Assembly (NCBI GenBank): GCA_030704665.1
Contig: JAUYID010000009.1
Span: 163-64,162, forward strand
Reading direction: 5' to 3'
DNA from: a bacterium
GTDB lineage: Bacteria > Patescibacteriota > Microgenomatia > Woykebacterales > RBG-16-39-9b
Length of the DNA: 64,000 bases
Shown: positions 10,256 through 20,499 of the stretch, in pieces
Numbering within the stretch: the first letter of the stretch is position 1
Layout: each line of letters starts with the position of its first letter
Translations under genes and position numbers: made by a program
Notes under the pieces: generated by a model
What the model was told of the DNA's origin: nothing
Databases searched by the model: none
Seen by the model: only the letters and a program-made list of their open reading frames with translations

Positions 10256-10522
10256 TTAGGCGACCGCTGCGGCCTCTACACAGTGATTCGCACAGCGCGA
10301 GGTCTGCTCGTCGATGGGGCCGCCGTGGTTGCCGGGGTCGACGATGACGCACTGGCGTACCTTCTTCGAGAGCACAGGGCTGGTCCGGGACCTGGGTGGT
10401 GTCTGGCGCCGGTCGCGGTGCGACTGGCAGATCACCTTGTCGGGGTTCTCGGGATCCTGGAACATCTGACCCTTGTGGTCATACTTGTCCTTGATCCAGC
10501 AGTCATTCAGGTTGGCCTCCAC
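10256..10522 (-). CDS. Small orphan protein with two C-x7-H...C-x2-H repeats (putative Zn-binding)
   Basis: Strong SD CAGGAGG 6 nt before GTG; internal Cys/His repeat; followed by a terminator. Confidence 0.65.
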   Translation of the reverse strand: MEANLNDCWIKDKYDHKGQMFQDPENPDKVICQSHRDRRQTPPRSRTSPVLSKKVRQCVIVDPGNHGGPIDEQTSRCANHCVEAAAVA

Positions 10523-10952
10523 GTTGATCCTCCTGTGAATTTCCCTTTGGGTAAAGGGAATCCTACCGATTTTTGGCCTTGAAAGCCAAAGATCTGGTTT
10601 CTCATCAAGGTGTTAGCCCTTTTTTGAGACGAAAAACCAGATCTCTGACTGCCAAAATATTTACTTTTTCCTAACAATCACAAATTTGGCCCTTAAGAAC
10701 CGGGGGAGTTTTGTATTCACCACCTTTCCTTTAAGTTCTGCCCCGTAATTGCTTACGGGCCAAGTTTGTGATTACTAGTGCGAGAGGGGAGGAACGGTGT
10801 AGACGCTTGCGTCCCATTCGTCCTCCCCTGCGCGCCGGCTCGCTATTCAGTTGTCGCTTCTGAGTGTCACGTCCAGGTCATGGTCGTAACTGCTCCTTTC
10901 GTGAACTGAGACTTCGTGACCTTGCGGTCGCGTCGTCGCCGGTCGGTTGGGT

Positions 10953-11123
10953 CTAGTCGTTGGTGTCGTACTCCCTGTCGCCGCTGCCTTCAGTGGCGAA
11001 GAGGACACCACGGAGAACCCGGGAGGAAGGCACGGACCTGACGTTTTCCGTCGGCCCCATGAACTTCCACTGTGTGCGAACGATGCCATCCGCACCACGC
11101 TCCGCTTTCATCTGCTGCATCAT
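10953..11123 (-). CDS. 56-aa orphan protein (not in the ORF track)
   Basis: SD CAGGAGG upstream of ATG; MMQQMKAERGADGIVRTQWKFMGPTENVRSVPSSRVLRGVLFATEGSGDREYDTND*. Confidence 0.5.
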   Translation of the reverse strand: MMQQMKAERGADGIVRTQWKFMGPTENVRSVPSSRVLRGVLFATEGSGDREYDTND

Positions 11124-11321
11124 TTGGCGGGTTTAACCTCCTGAACTAAGATCCTAACCGCGTTTGTCTCAAATTGCTCTGGGGCAAACGCCATAAAATC
11201 TAGTCCTATAGTTCTATATTTTCAAAGAACAAAAAGATCTCGCTCTTCTTCCCTGTATTCAACTTTTCTTGAATTATGTGTCTGTTTTCGCAAAGCTCAA
11301 CATCCACGTAATTACTTTGTA

Positions 11322-11350
11322 ATTATAGCACAAGACAGACCTATAGTCAA
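11322..11350 (-). promoter_or_regulatory. sigma70 promoter of the 10.2-11.3 kb insert
   Basis: TTGACT (11350-11345), 17 nt, TATAAT (11327-11322). Confidence 0.7.
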
Positions 11351-11375
11351 GTTGTGGGCTTTTGTTTTGTTTTGG

Positions 11376-14324
11376 TTACTTAGCAAGTGAAAAAGGACAA
11401 ATGGCGTTGTACGGACAATAAAAACAAGCTGGCTTTTGTCCAAAGTATTTGGGGTTAGCAGGAAAGTCATCTTTTTGTAAATTGGCACGAATTTCTTTAG
11501 CAACTTCAACTACCCTTTTCTCTGTTTGCTCGATGTCTTCCTCTTTCGGTGAGTAACCACCGACTAGTCCAGTTTCCAAATCGTAGATACCGACAAAATC
11601 TGGGACTTTTTTGTAATTTTTATAGTAGCCCAAAGTGTAAACCCTCAGCTGAATGCTTTCCTTGGCGTCTTTTTCCAGTTGCTCCTCACTACGATTTTCA
11701 GTGGATTTAAAATCGATGATTTTTACCTTGCCGTCTTTCTCGTCAACACGGTCGAAGCGGCCAGAGACCAAAACTTGTGTCTCCCCGTTTGTTAAGTTAA
11801 AACGGAACTCTTTCTCGACGAAACTTGGGGTGTCTTTTGTAGTCTTCTCTCGGGAGTAAAAACTAGTCAGTACGCGGCGGGCTTGCAAAAGACGTTTTTC
11901 CTCGTGCTCGGCAGTTAGAAAGCCCTCCGTCACCCAAGTGTTTTCTAAAACCTGCAAGCAAGAATCTAACTCAAGAAGTTTCCCGTTCATCTTCGAGCGG
12001 TAAAACTCCGCCACGGCGGCGTGGAGCGCAAAACCATAAACAATGGCGTGGTGGCGGAGTATCGGTAGACGCAGCACATGAGCGTAGCGGTATTTGTAGG
12101 CGCAAGTTTCATAGTCATCAATTGACCCCTGCGAAAGACGAATGATTTTGTTCTCCGCTGAGGGTAGTTTGTAGTTTTTCGGTTCGGAAAAAGCAAACTG
12201 CTCAATCTTTTCTTTTGGGTTTAGTTTCACAGCAACCGAGCCAGCACCAGGCAAGTCTAAGGCTTCAAGAATAAAGGGTGAAATTTTCTTGGCCCTGACT
12301 CCTCCAGTATCTTTCGACCAGGTGTAGTAGAGAAATCTTTTGGCGCGAGTGCTGCCAACATAAAAGAGCCGTCTTTCTTCTTGCAGGTGAAAATCTCCAG
12401 AAGGTAAAAGTTCCTTAATTAGCTCTTCTGGAATTGGAATGGCTTCTTTTCTTTCCCGGCTGGGAAAGCGGTCGGCAACCAAACCAACCATAAAAACCGC
12501 CTCAAACTCCAAACCTTTAGCCGAGTGCACCGTCATGACGTTGACTGCATCTTGATCGGGATCAAAGTCAGCAGTAGCCGGATCATCCCCGGCCAGGCGC
12601 ATTGCTTCGAGATAGTCCACGAAAACCCGGACTGATTCGTTTTGGGCCAGATCGATAAACTCAGCGATTTTGTCAAAAAACCTCGCAATATTCTGAATCT
12701 TTATTTCAGCTTCAACCCCACCTTCTCTTTCGAGACGCGTCAGGTAAGCAGTTTTCTGTAAATAAATATAGAGGACGCGGCCGACGTTTTCTTTTTGGGA
12801 AAGCTCGGCTGCCTCAGAGAGGTCTTTAATAAGTTTTTTGATGATTTCCCTTCCCTCAGCACTTATCTCAAGACCTTCCTCAGAATTGGCAACTACTATC
12901 TCGAAGACACTGCGCAGCGTTTTGTTTTTTCTCCTGGCCGTGTCCATACAGGCAATCGCATCCGGAACTGGAAGTTGATAAAGCTCACTGCTGACCAAAT
13001 TGTAAAGGTTAATACTGTCATCAAAGTTGGATATTGCTGTTAAAAACGAGATTAGCAGACGAATTTCTGGCTGGGTGTAAAGTCCAGAAGAACCAACGAA
13101 TTTGTGAGGGATTGCTTTTAAATTTAGGGCTCTCAAGAAAGAGTCTGCCTGGGAGTTAGCACGGACTAATATCGCAATGTCTTTGTAGTGAATTTTTTCC
13201 TTTTTAACCAGTTTTTGAATTTCTTTCACTACCTCTTCTGTTTCTTCAGTCAGAGTCGTACCACAAATTTCCTTCGGGCCTTCTCCTTTCTTCTCGGCAA
13301 CCGTTAAAAGTTTCTTGTCAATTTTGTTTTGCACTTCAAGCCGATCGGGATCGTTGTTTTTTATCAGCCGGTAGGAGGTGTCAAGAATTTCTTGGCTAGA
13401 ACGGTAGTTCTTGGTTAAAACCACTTGCTCTGCTTTTGCAAAATCCTCTTTAAACTTCATGATATTGGAAATTGCCGCTCCCCGAAATTTGTAAATACTC
13501 TGATCGTCATCACCAACAACACAAAGATTTTTGTGGGAGTTTGCTAGAAGCTTAACTAACTCGTTTTGTGAGTAGTTGGTGTCCTGATACTCATCAACAA
13601 GAATATATTTAAACTTTTCTTGATACTTTTGGAGAATTCTCGGCTTGGCTCTAAAAAGGTTGAGAGTCAGGCTGACTTGGTCACCGAAATCAAGCTTTCC
13701 CGCTTCCTTTTTAAACTGTTCGTACTTTTGATAAACTCGGACAAGCTCTTCCTGTCTTTTTATTTCTTGCAACCAGTCATCTTTTTCAAACTCCTCTGGT
13801 TGTTTCTTTTTCTTCAATTTCTCTACATAGACAGCAAAATCCTCAGCGCCGATGTCCTCATCTTTGCAACGACTGACGAATGTGAGAATTGCCTCAATAA
13901 ATTTCGTCGGATTCGAGAGTGGTCGGTAATAATCAAGATCAAAAGCGAAAAGATTCTGCTGGAAAAAAAGAACCTGTTGGGCTCGACTCAACACTTGGAA
14001 GTCGGGGGGTAAACCAAGATCCAAAGCATTTTCTCGCAAAACCCGGTCGCCGAAGGCGTGAAAAGTGCTGATCCAAGTATCCACATATCCATAAGGAACC
14101 AAGAGGTCGACTCTTTCTTCCATTTCGGAAGCAGCTTTTTCAGTAAAGGTAAGGGCGATAATTTCTGAAGGTTTAGCTAGTTTTTTTTCGATCAGGTAGG
14201 CGATGCGGCGGGTAATAACTGTGGTCTTGCCAGTACCAGCTCCGGCGATGATAAGCAGTGGGCCTTCTGTTGTTTCAACTGCTTGCTTCTGTTCTTTGTT
14301 TAATCCTTCGAGAATTGAGCTCAT
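11376..14324 (-). CDS. UvrD-type helicase fused to a PD-(D/E)XK nuclease (AdnA/AddA-like)
   Basis: AGAGTGKT, DEYQD, TVHSAKGLEF, then GRFDRVD...IIDFKS...QLRVY and a Cys set (C...CxxC...C) typical of Fe-S staple nucleases. Confidence 0.9.
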   Translation of the reverse strand: MSSILEGLNKEQKQAVETTEGPLLIIAGAGTGKTTVITRRIAYLIEKKLAKPSEIIALTFTEKAASEMEERVDLLVPYGYVDTWISTFHAFGDRVLRENALDLGLPPDFQVLSRAQQVLFFQQNLFAFDLDYYRPLSNPTKFIEAILTFVSRCKDEDIGAEDFAVYVEKLKKKKQPEEFEKDDWLQEIKRQEELVRVYQKYEQFKKEAGKLDFGDQVSLTLNLFRAKPRILQKYQEKFKYILVDEYQDTNYSQNELVKLLANSHKNLCVVGDDDQSIYKFRGAAISNIMKFKEDFAKAEQVVLTKNYRSSQEILDTSYRLIKNNDPDRLEVQNKIDKKLLTVAEKKGEGPKEICGTTLTEETEEVVKEIQKLVKKEKIHYKDIAILVRANSQADSFLRALNLKAIPHKFVGSSGLYTQPEIRLLISFLTAISNFDDSINLYNLVSSELYQLPVPDAIACMDTARRKNKTLRSVFEIVVANSEEGLEISAEGREIIKKLIKDLSEAAELSQKENVGRVLYIYLQKTAYLTRLEREGGVEAEIKIQNIARFFDKIAEFIDLAQNESVRVFVDYLEAMRLAGDDPATADFDPDQDAVNVMTVHSAKGLEFEAVFMVGLVADRFPSRERKEAIPIPEELIKELLPSGDFHLQEERRLFYVGSTRAKRFLYYTWSKDTGGVRAKKISPFILEALDLPGAGSVAVKLNPKEKIEQFAFSEPKNYKLPSAENKIIRLSQGSIDDYETCAYKYRYAHVLRLPILRHHAIVYGFALHAAVAEFYRSKMNGKLLELDSCLQVLENTWVTEGFLTAEHEEKRLLQARRVLTSFYSREKTTKDTPSFVEKEFRFNLTNGETQVLVSGRFDRVDEKDGKVKIIDFKSTENRSEEQLEKDAKESIQLRVYTLGYYKNYKKVPDFVGIYDLETGLVGGYSPKEEDIEQTEKRVVEVAKEIRANLQKDDFPANPKYFGQKPACFYCPYNAICPFSLAK

Positions 14325-14384
14325 CGCTCAACCATTTTAGCACAGGACTACTCGTCTGTTGTTTTGGTCAAAGGGTAAGTTTAG

Positions 14385-15245
14385 TTAGCTTAAAAGCTTC
14401 AGGGTAGCGTGGTAGCTTTCTTTAATCACTTTTTCAGTTTTTTCGGGAGTGAAATCATAAGGGGAGAGCTCAAAACCACTCCTTGGTTCGATGGGGATGA
14501 TTTTTATTCTTGGGTAGAGTGCTTTTATTAATTCAACTTCATAACGCGTCGTCTGGTACTGGGCAATATCGCGACTGTCAATAATATTTTCCAAAAAGTT
14601 TTTTGGTTCTCTTTTTGTTTCGCCGGCATAGCCTGCGTTAACGGCATAAATTGTTCCGCACGTCTTTCGGGCCAGCTCGAAGAGAGGTAAATTGTCGGAA
14701 ACTCCTCCGTCAATATAAACTTTTTCTCCTATTCTAACTGGCTGAAAAATTCCCGGCGTGGCTGAGGAGGCAAGCAAGGCAGGAATGATCGGTCCTTGCC
14801 GAAACCAACTGTCGCTGCCAGTTTCAATGTTGGTAGCCCCGAGAGCTAAAGGAACCTTCAACTCAGAAAAATCTTTAAACGGTAGCCTTTCTTCCAAAAA
14901 TTTCTTGATTTTACCAGAGTCCCCTAAACTTTTTGTCCCAAAGCCGTGGGCCAAGAGCCTCGATAGCACCTGCCAAGGTGAAAGTCCAATGAAAGCGCGG
15001 TTGATAAAGGAAAAAATTACTTTTAAATCAGTAAAAGAGTTGTTCGTGAATGGGTCAAAAGCGTGGAAGGCAGCCACAAAAGCTCCGGCAGAAACCCCCA
15101 CGACGTGGGTTGGAGTTATTTTCTTTTCCAGAAAGGCGCGTAACACTCCAATGTGGACTACCCCACGGTTGCCTCCACCAGAATAAGAAATCCCGACAAT
15201 TTCTTCTCTGCAAAGGTTTTGATCAAGCTCGTGGATCTGCTTCAC
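14385..15245 (-). CDS. Patatin-like phospholipase
   Basis: SGGGNRG, GVSAG (GxSxG), IDGG. Confidence 0.93.
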   Translation of the reverse strand: MKQIHELDQNLCREEIVGISYSGGGNRGVVHIGVLRAFLEKKITPTHVVGVSAGAFVAAFHAFDPFTNNSFTDLKVIFSFINRAFIGLSPWQVLSRLLAHGFGTKSLGDSGKIKKFLEERLPFKDFSELKVPLALGATNIETGSDSWFRQGPIIPALLASSATPGIFQPVRIGEKVYIDGGVSDNLPLFELARKTCGTIYAVNAGYAGETKREPKNFLENIIDSRDIAQYQTTRYEVELIKALYPRIKIIPIEPRSGFELSPYDFTPEKTEKVIKESYHATLKLLS

Positions 15246-15289
15246 CTTTTAATGGTAGAACTTTTTGCCAGTGGTTGGCAAACCGAAAA

Positions 15290-16348
15290 TTAAACCTCAG
15301 TAACTTCTTCGGCCTGGTCAAGGGGTAATGGTTCAGTTTCAAAGACGGCTTTTTTATCAGCAACTTTACCCGGCAAACCTTGCGCGTTTTCGATTTTGGA
15401 ATTCAGGGTCAGGAAACGGGAGTTCACCAAATCAGCAGTGTTTTTCGTATCATTAACGTGCTTGGTGAGAACTCGCAGTACATCCCCAAATTTTTCTGAA
15501 TCCCCTTTGATTGAACGTAAAGAGGCAAGTATGGTCCGCGCCCGCTCTTCAATCTTTTTGCCCTCAAAACTCATCAGAATCGCGCGCATGTACGCATAAA
15601 ACGTTGAGGGGGAAACTGGCAAAACTCTTTTGGTGTGGGCATACTCGGAAAGCTCCGGCATATTGGCCATGATTTCATAGTAAATTGGCTCGCTCGGTAC
15701 GTACATCAGAGCGTAATCAATCGTTCCTTCCTCAGGCAAGATATATTTTTTGGCAATATCGTCAATGTGTTTTTTTACATCCCGAGCGAAGTCTTTTTGA
15801 AACCCAGTTTTTTCTGCTTCAGTGTCGGCTCCCATCATCGCTTTGAAATTTTCCATCGGAAACTTTGAATCAATGGGGATGACACCGGAATCGGTTTTTA
15901 TGGCAGCGTCAACAATATCACCAGATCGAAACCGATACTGCAGATGAAAACTCTCTTTCGGCAGAAACTGTCCGAGTAGTTCGCGGAGAACTTGCTCCCC
16001 AATATTTCCCCGCAACTTCGGGCTGCGGAGAAAATCCTGCAAATCTTTCATGGAGCGACCAATTTCGCTCATCTGACCGACTTCTTTGCCGACCATACCG
16101 ATGATTTTGGCGGCGTTGTCGAGCCGCTCATTGATTGCTTTGTTGGTTGAGGTCAATTGCGACTGAAGGGTGTCAGTATTTTTGTCCAAAGAACTGCGCA
16201 TTTCTTTGAGCCACTCCATGAGGACCTTGGTACTTTCGTCATCGCTATCTTTACCTTTGAGTTCTTCGAGTTTTTTGAAGAAAAAGAAAAAGCCTGCAAC
16301 AATGACTCCACCAACAATAAGAATGAGGGTCTGGGTGTCCAAGTTCAT
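15290..16348 (-). CDS. rmuC: DNA recombination protein RmuC
   Basis: N-terminal TM, coiled coil, KLRGNIGE, IDSKFP, MYVPSE, VSPST. Confidence 0.92.
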   Translation of the reverse strand: MNLDTQTLILIVGGVIVAGFFFFFKKLEELKGKDSDDESTKVLMEWLKEMRSSLDKNTDTLQSQLTSTNKAINERLDNAAKIIGMVGKEVGQMSEIGRSMKDLQDFLRSPKLRGNIGEQVLRELLGQFLPKESFHLQYRFRSGDIVDAAIKTDSGVIPIDSKFPMENFKAMMGADTEAEKTGFQKDFARDVKKHIDDIAKKYILPEEGTIDYALMYVPSEPIYYEIMANMPELSEYAHTKRVLPVSPSTFYAYMRAILMSFEGKKIEERARTILASLRSIKGDSEKFGDVLRVLTKHVNDTKNTADLVNSRFLTLNSKIENAQGLPGKVADKKAVFETEPLPLDQAEEVTEV

Positions 16349-16395
16349 AATTAGGGCTATGTTAGCAGAACCACTTTACGTTGTAAAATAGTTTC

Positions 16396-16800
16396 ATGGG
16401 AGTTTTTCTTTTCGCTTTGCTGGTTGTCTTTTTGCTAGGCCTGTCAGCCTTGTGGTTTATTGGCAATAACCTTCCCCCCCTGGACTCTTCTGGCAATTTA
16501 CTGACCGCGAATCTGGTCTATTTTTTCCTAGCCCTTTTCGCTAGCCTTGCTGCAGGCTTGAGCTTGGTGCTATACTGCCTTAGCTTCGTTTTGGAGAGAA
16601 AAAAGGCTGAGACCCTGACGCGTTCTGAAAGAGCAAAATTCTTGATCAGAAAAGCACTACGTCGGGGTTTGGAACTAGCAGCCACTGGTTGCTTACTTTT
16701 CCTTCTGAAACTGTTGGGAATCTTTAACCCTGTGAACGCTGTGCTGATAGTTTTAATAATCAGCTTGATTGAAGTTTACTTTGTTAGCAACAAGAGTTGA
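16396..16800 (+). CDS. Hypothetical 4-TM membrane protein
   Basis: Hydrophobic ORF coupled to metG, with a -10 box just upstream. Confidence 0.7.
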   Translation: MGVFLFALLVVFLLGLSALWFIGNNLPPLDSSGNLLTANLVYFFLALFASLAAGLSLVLYCLSFVLERKKAETLTRSERAKFLIRKALRRGLELAATGCLLFLLKLLGIFNPVNAVLIVLIISLIEVYFVSNKS

Positions 16801-16805
16801 AACAA

Positions 16806-18212
16806 ATGACCAAAATAAAGAATTTTTTTCTGACAACTACCATCTATTATATCAACGACGTACCTCATATCGGGCACGCTTATACAACTATTGCTGCTGA
16901 TATTCTGGCCCGCTTCCATCGGCTTTTGGGTGAAAAAACCTTTTTTCTTACTGGTTTAGATGAGAACTCGCAAAAGACAGTTCTTGCTGCGGAAAAATCC
17001 GGCCAAGACTTGAGAACCTACACTGATGATTTGGCGAAAATCTGGGAAACAACTTGGAAAAAGCTTGGAATAACCAATGACGATTTCATCCGCACCACAC
17101 AGGTACGACACAAAAAGGTTGTCACTGATTTTTTTCAGAAAGTACTCGATAATGGGGACGTTTACAAGAGTAAGTATGAGGGTCTTTATTGCGTTGGTCA
17201 CGAAGCTTTTTTGAAAGAAAGTGATTTGGACGAAAACGGTTTTTGTCCGGATCACAAAACCAAGCCAGAACAAATCGCTGAAGAAAACTATTTTTTCCGT
17301 CTTTCCAAGTATCAAGAACAACTTTTGAAGTTTTATAAAGAAAATCCTGATTTTGTTTTACCCCACCAGCGTTTTAACGAAGTAGTGAAATTTGTTGAAT
17401 CTGGTCTGCAGGATATTTCGGTCACCCGAGCAAGTCAAAAATGGGGTATTCCGGCGCCAAACGACCCGAAACAGGTGATTTACGTTTGGTTTGACGCACT
17501 CATCAACTACCTTTCCGCTGAACCCCCCCTCTGGCCAGCTGATCTTCATCTTATAGGTAAAGACATCACTCGTTTTCACGCGGTTATTTGGCCGGCGATG
17601 CTACTCTCGGCTGGCTACCCACTGCCCAAGCAAATTTTTGCCCACGGTTTTTTTACTGTTGACGGAACGAAAATAAGTAAGTCTCTGGGCAACGCCATCG
17701 ACCCGGTCAAAATCTCGCAGGACTATGGCAACGACAGCCTCCGCTACTTTCTTTTTCATGAGTTTCCCTTTGGTAACGATGGTGATTTTTCTTTTGATCG
17801 TCTGAAAGAAGTTTACAATTCTGATCTTGCCAACGGCTTGGGAAATCTGGTTTCCCGAGTTGCGCGCTTGGCAGAAAATCTGTCTTTGCCCGGAGTAGAG
17901 TTTCCTGAAAAACCACTTCTCGACTCAGCTTTCCGAATTCACCTAGAAAATTTAGAGTTTTTGGAAGCTTTGGAATATGTTTGGGGGAAAATTCGCAAAA
18001 CTGACAAAGAGATTGAGAAAAGCAAGCCCTGGGAATTAGCTAAAGAAAACCCGGAGAAAGCAAAAGCCGCGGTAGAAAATTTAATTCGGCAAATTGTCGA
18101 AATTGACGAGCTTCTACTTTGTTTTCTTCCCGAAACAGCCGAAAAAATCAAAGACCAATTCTCCCAGGACAAAATAAAATCTTCCGCGCCGCTTTTTCCA
18201 AGGAGAGGCTAA
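16806..18212 (+). CDS. metG: Methionine--tRNA ligase (short form)
   Basis: YYINDVPHIGHAY, YVWFDAL, IGKDI, KISKS; ATG at 16806 preferred over TTG 16797. Confidence 0.96.
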   Translation: MTKIKNFFLTTTIYYINDVPHIGHAYTTIAADILARFHRLLGEKTFFLTGLDENSQKTVLAAEKSGQDLRTYTDDLAKIWETTWKKLGITNDDFIRTTQVRHKKVVTDFFQKVLDNGDVYKSKYEGLYCVGHEAFLKESDLDENGFCPDHKTKPEQIAEENYFFRLSKYQEQLLKFYKENPDFVLPHQRFNEVVKFVESGLQDISVTRASQKWGIPAPNDPKQVIYVWFDALINYLSAEPPLWPADLHLIGKDITRFHAVIWPAMLLSAGYPLPKQIFAHGFFTVDGTKISKSLGNAIDPVKISQDYGNDSLRYFLFHEFPFGNDGDFSFDRLKEVYNSDLANGLGNLVSRVARLAENLSLPGVEFPEKPLLDSAFRIHLENLEFLEALEYVWGKIRKTDKEIEKSKPWELAKENPEKAKAAVENLIRQIVEIDELLLCFLPETAEKIKDQFSQDKIKSSAPLFPRRG

Positions 18213-18985
18213 TGAAGCTGGTCGATACCCACGCTCACTTTCAATTCGAAGCTTACAAAGAAGATCGCGATCAAGTGATCAAAGAGAACCTGAAAGAACT
18301 TTCAGCCATCATGACCGTTGGTGCCAGTTTAGAGTCTTCGAAAAATGGGGTTAGTCTCGTCCAAAACTACGACGGCCTCTTCGCCGCGGTTGGAGTTCAT
18401 CCCCACCACGTTGATCAATTTAGCCCTGAGACAATGAAAGAGTTGGAGCAGTTAATCATTCAACCCAAAGTCGTTGCGGTTGGGGAAATTGGCTTGGACA
18501 AGCATCTCTATCAGGGCTATCCGGAACCAAATATTAAAGACCAAATCAAAATCTTGGAACCCCAAATTAACCTGGCTTTAAAAAGCAAAAGACCAATTCT
18601 TTTTCATTGTCGCGACGCCTACGACGAACTTTTCGATTTGCTAAAAACTCTACCTCAGCCTTTGCTTGGACTGATGCATTGCTTCATGGGTGATGTCAGC
18701 TTTGCTAAAAAATTTCTTGACCTCGGCTTGTTTATCTCCTTCAGTGGCAACCTTACTTACAAAGGTAATGACTACATTCGGCAGGCGGCCAAATTTGTTC
18801 CTCTGGATCGGCTCTTGCTTGAAACTGATTCTCCCTACTTGACCCCACACCCTTTTCGTGGCCAGCGTAATGAACCTAAATATGTTAAAATAATAGCGGA
18901 AACTGTTTCTCTCCTCAAAAGCCTGAGCCTAGAGACAGTCGCACAGGCAACTACCACCAACGCAAAAAAATTACTATCCATTTGA
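18212..18985 (+). CDS. tatD: TatD family DNase
   Basis: DTHAH, GVHPH, GEIGLD, HCRDA, LETDSPY, RNEP; start at ATG 18212 overlapping the metG stop. Confidence 0.94.
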   Translation: MKLVDTHAHFQFEAYKEDRDQVIKENLKELSAIMTVGASLESSKNGVSLVQNYDGLFAAVGVHPHHVDQFSPETMKELEQLIIQPKVVAVGEIGLDKHLYQGYPEPNIKDQIKILEPQINLALKSKRPILFHCRDAYDELFDLLKTLPQPLLGLMHCFMGDVSFAKKFLDLGLFISFSGNLTYKGNDYIRQAAKFVPLDRLLLETDSPYLTPHPFRGQRNEPKYVKIIAETVSLLKSLSLETVAQATTTNAKKLLSI

Positions 18986-18989
18986 GGAG

Positions 18990-20474
18990 ATGTTCAACTC
19001 ACGTTTCTCAATCCGTTTATTAGAAATTTCTTCCGGCCTAATTTCCTGGGCACTTTTAACTAGCCCTTTCTGGGCTTCTTTTCTTATTCCGGAAGTAGTT
19101 GCCTATTTTATCATTCTTTTTGATTTCTACTTTTTCTATAAGGCCTCATCGCTAAGTTTCAACTCGGTTCGTAGTTACCTAAAAATTAAGCGAACTGGCT
19201 TTACAAATTGGGTGGAAAAAATGGATCAAGAAAACCTTGATTATTCAAAAATTCGCCATCTAGTTTTCATCCCAACCTACAAGGAGCCAAAAGAGATTCT
19301 AGAAAGAACGCTGACCTTTCTAGCTGCTCAGGAGTTTCCCGCCAAGCAGCTTGATGTTGTCTTGGCAATGGAAGATAGAGACAATTCTGCACCCGAAAAG
19401 GTGGAGGCCTTGAAGAAAGCTTTTTCGACTCACTTCGGCAACTTCTGGGTAACTAGCCATACTCTTTCTCCTGGGGAAGTCATCGGAAAATCCTCAAACT
19501 TGGCTTTTTCGGCTCAGAGAGTGAGAAGTCTGATCGAGGAGGCAGGATACGACAAAAACTTTTTGACCGTCACCTCCTGTGATGCCGATGTTGCCTTTCA
19601 CCCCAAGTATTTTTCCAATCTTACTTATCAGTTTTTAACTGACGCAGAACGGCATTTTCATTTTTGGCAAGCGGCTTTGGTTTTCTACAACAATATTTGG
19701 CGAGTTCCAATTTTTGTGCGTGTCGTGCACACGATTTACTCGATCAGTGGAATTGCCGAATTGATGCGGCCAAAATCAAATTTTAACTATTCCAGCTATT
19801 CTTTAAGTTGGAAACTTCTGGAGGAAACTGGTTTTTGGGACGTTGATGTTGTTGCTGAAGACTGGCATTTATTTTTCAAAGCTTTCTTTTCGCACCAGGG
19901 AAAGGTGGAGCTTGAATCAATCTTTTTGCCTCTCTATGCCGATGCTGTTGAAGGTCAAAACTACTGGCAATCAGCGGTTGCCCAATACACACAAAACCGT
20001 CGTTGGGCTTGGGGAGTAACTGATATCGCCTACGCAGTCAGACAATTTTGGTCCAAGCGGCGTGAGATACCAGTCGGAAATTTCGTCTTTCGCTTCGTTG
20101 CGGCCCTACAACAACACTTACTTTGGCCAGTTACCTGGTGGATTCTTACTTTAGGTGCTACCATTCCTCCGCTGATCAATGAGCAGTTTGCCCACACTGC
20201 CTTGGGTTTTTACCTCCCGAAAGTTTCTGGTTTGATTCTGACTACAACGACAGTCTTCATAATCTCGGTAATAATCATTGATTGGCAACTTCGCCCACCC
20301 AAACCAGCTGATTATAAAAACCGTTTCCTCCTCTTCAACTTACTCCAATACCTGCTTCTTCCGATCACCGGTTTCTTTTTTGGCTCTCTGCCTGGAATGG
20401 ATGCTCACACGCGCTTGATTTTCGGCAAAAGAATTGAGTACAAAGCAACTGAGAAATTCGTTGAAAAAAATTAG
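18990..20474 (+). CDS. Membrane GT2 glycosyltransferase (cellulose-synthase-like motifs)
   Basis: IPTYKEP, GKSSN, CDAD, AEDWH, QNRRWAWG (QxxRW), multiple TM helices. Confidence 0.88.
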   Translation: MFNSRFSIRLLEISSGLISWALLTSPFWASFLIPEVVAYFIILFDFYFFYKASSLSFNSVRSYLKIKRTGFTNWVEKMDQENLDYSKIRHLVFIPTYKEPKEILERTLTFLAAQEFPAKQLDVVLAMEDRDNSAPEKVEALKKAFSTHFGNFWVTSHTLSPGEVIGKSSNLAFSAQRVRSLIEEAGYDKNFLTVTSCDADVAFHPKYFSNLTYQFLTDAERHFHFWQAALVFYNNIWRVPIFVRVVHTIYSISGIAELMRPKSNFNYSSYSLSWKLLEETGFWDVDVVAEDWHLFFKAFFSHQGKVELESIFLPLYADAVEGQNYWQSAVAQYTQNRRWAWGVTDIAYAVRQFWSKRREIPVGNFVFRFVAALQQHLLWPVTWWILTLGATIPPLINEQFAHTALGFYLPKVSGLILTTTTVFIISVIIIDWQLRPPKPADYKNRFLLFNLLQYLLLPITGFFFGSLPGMDAHTRLIFGKRIEYKATEKFVEKN

Positions 20475-20499
20475 TGTATAATTTATCTCGAGGCTGCCT

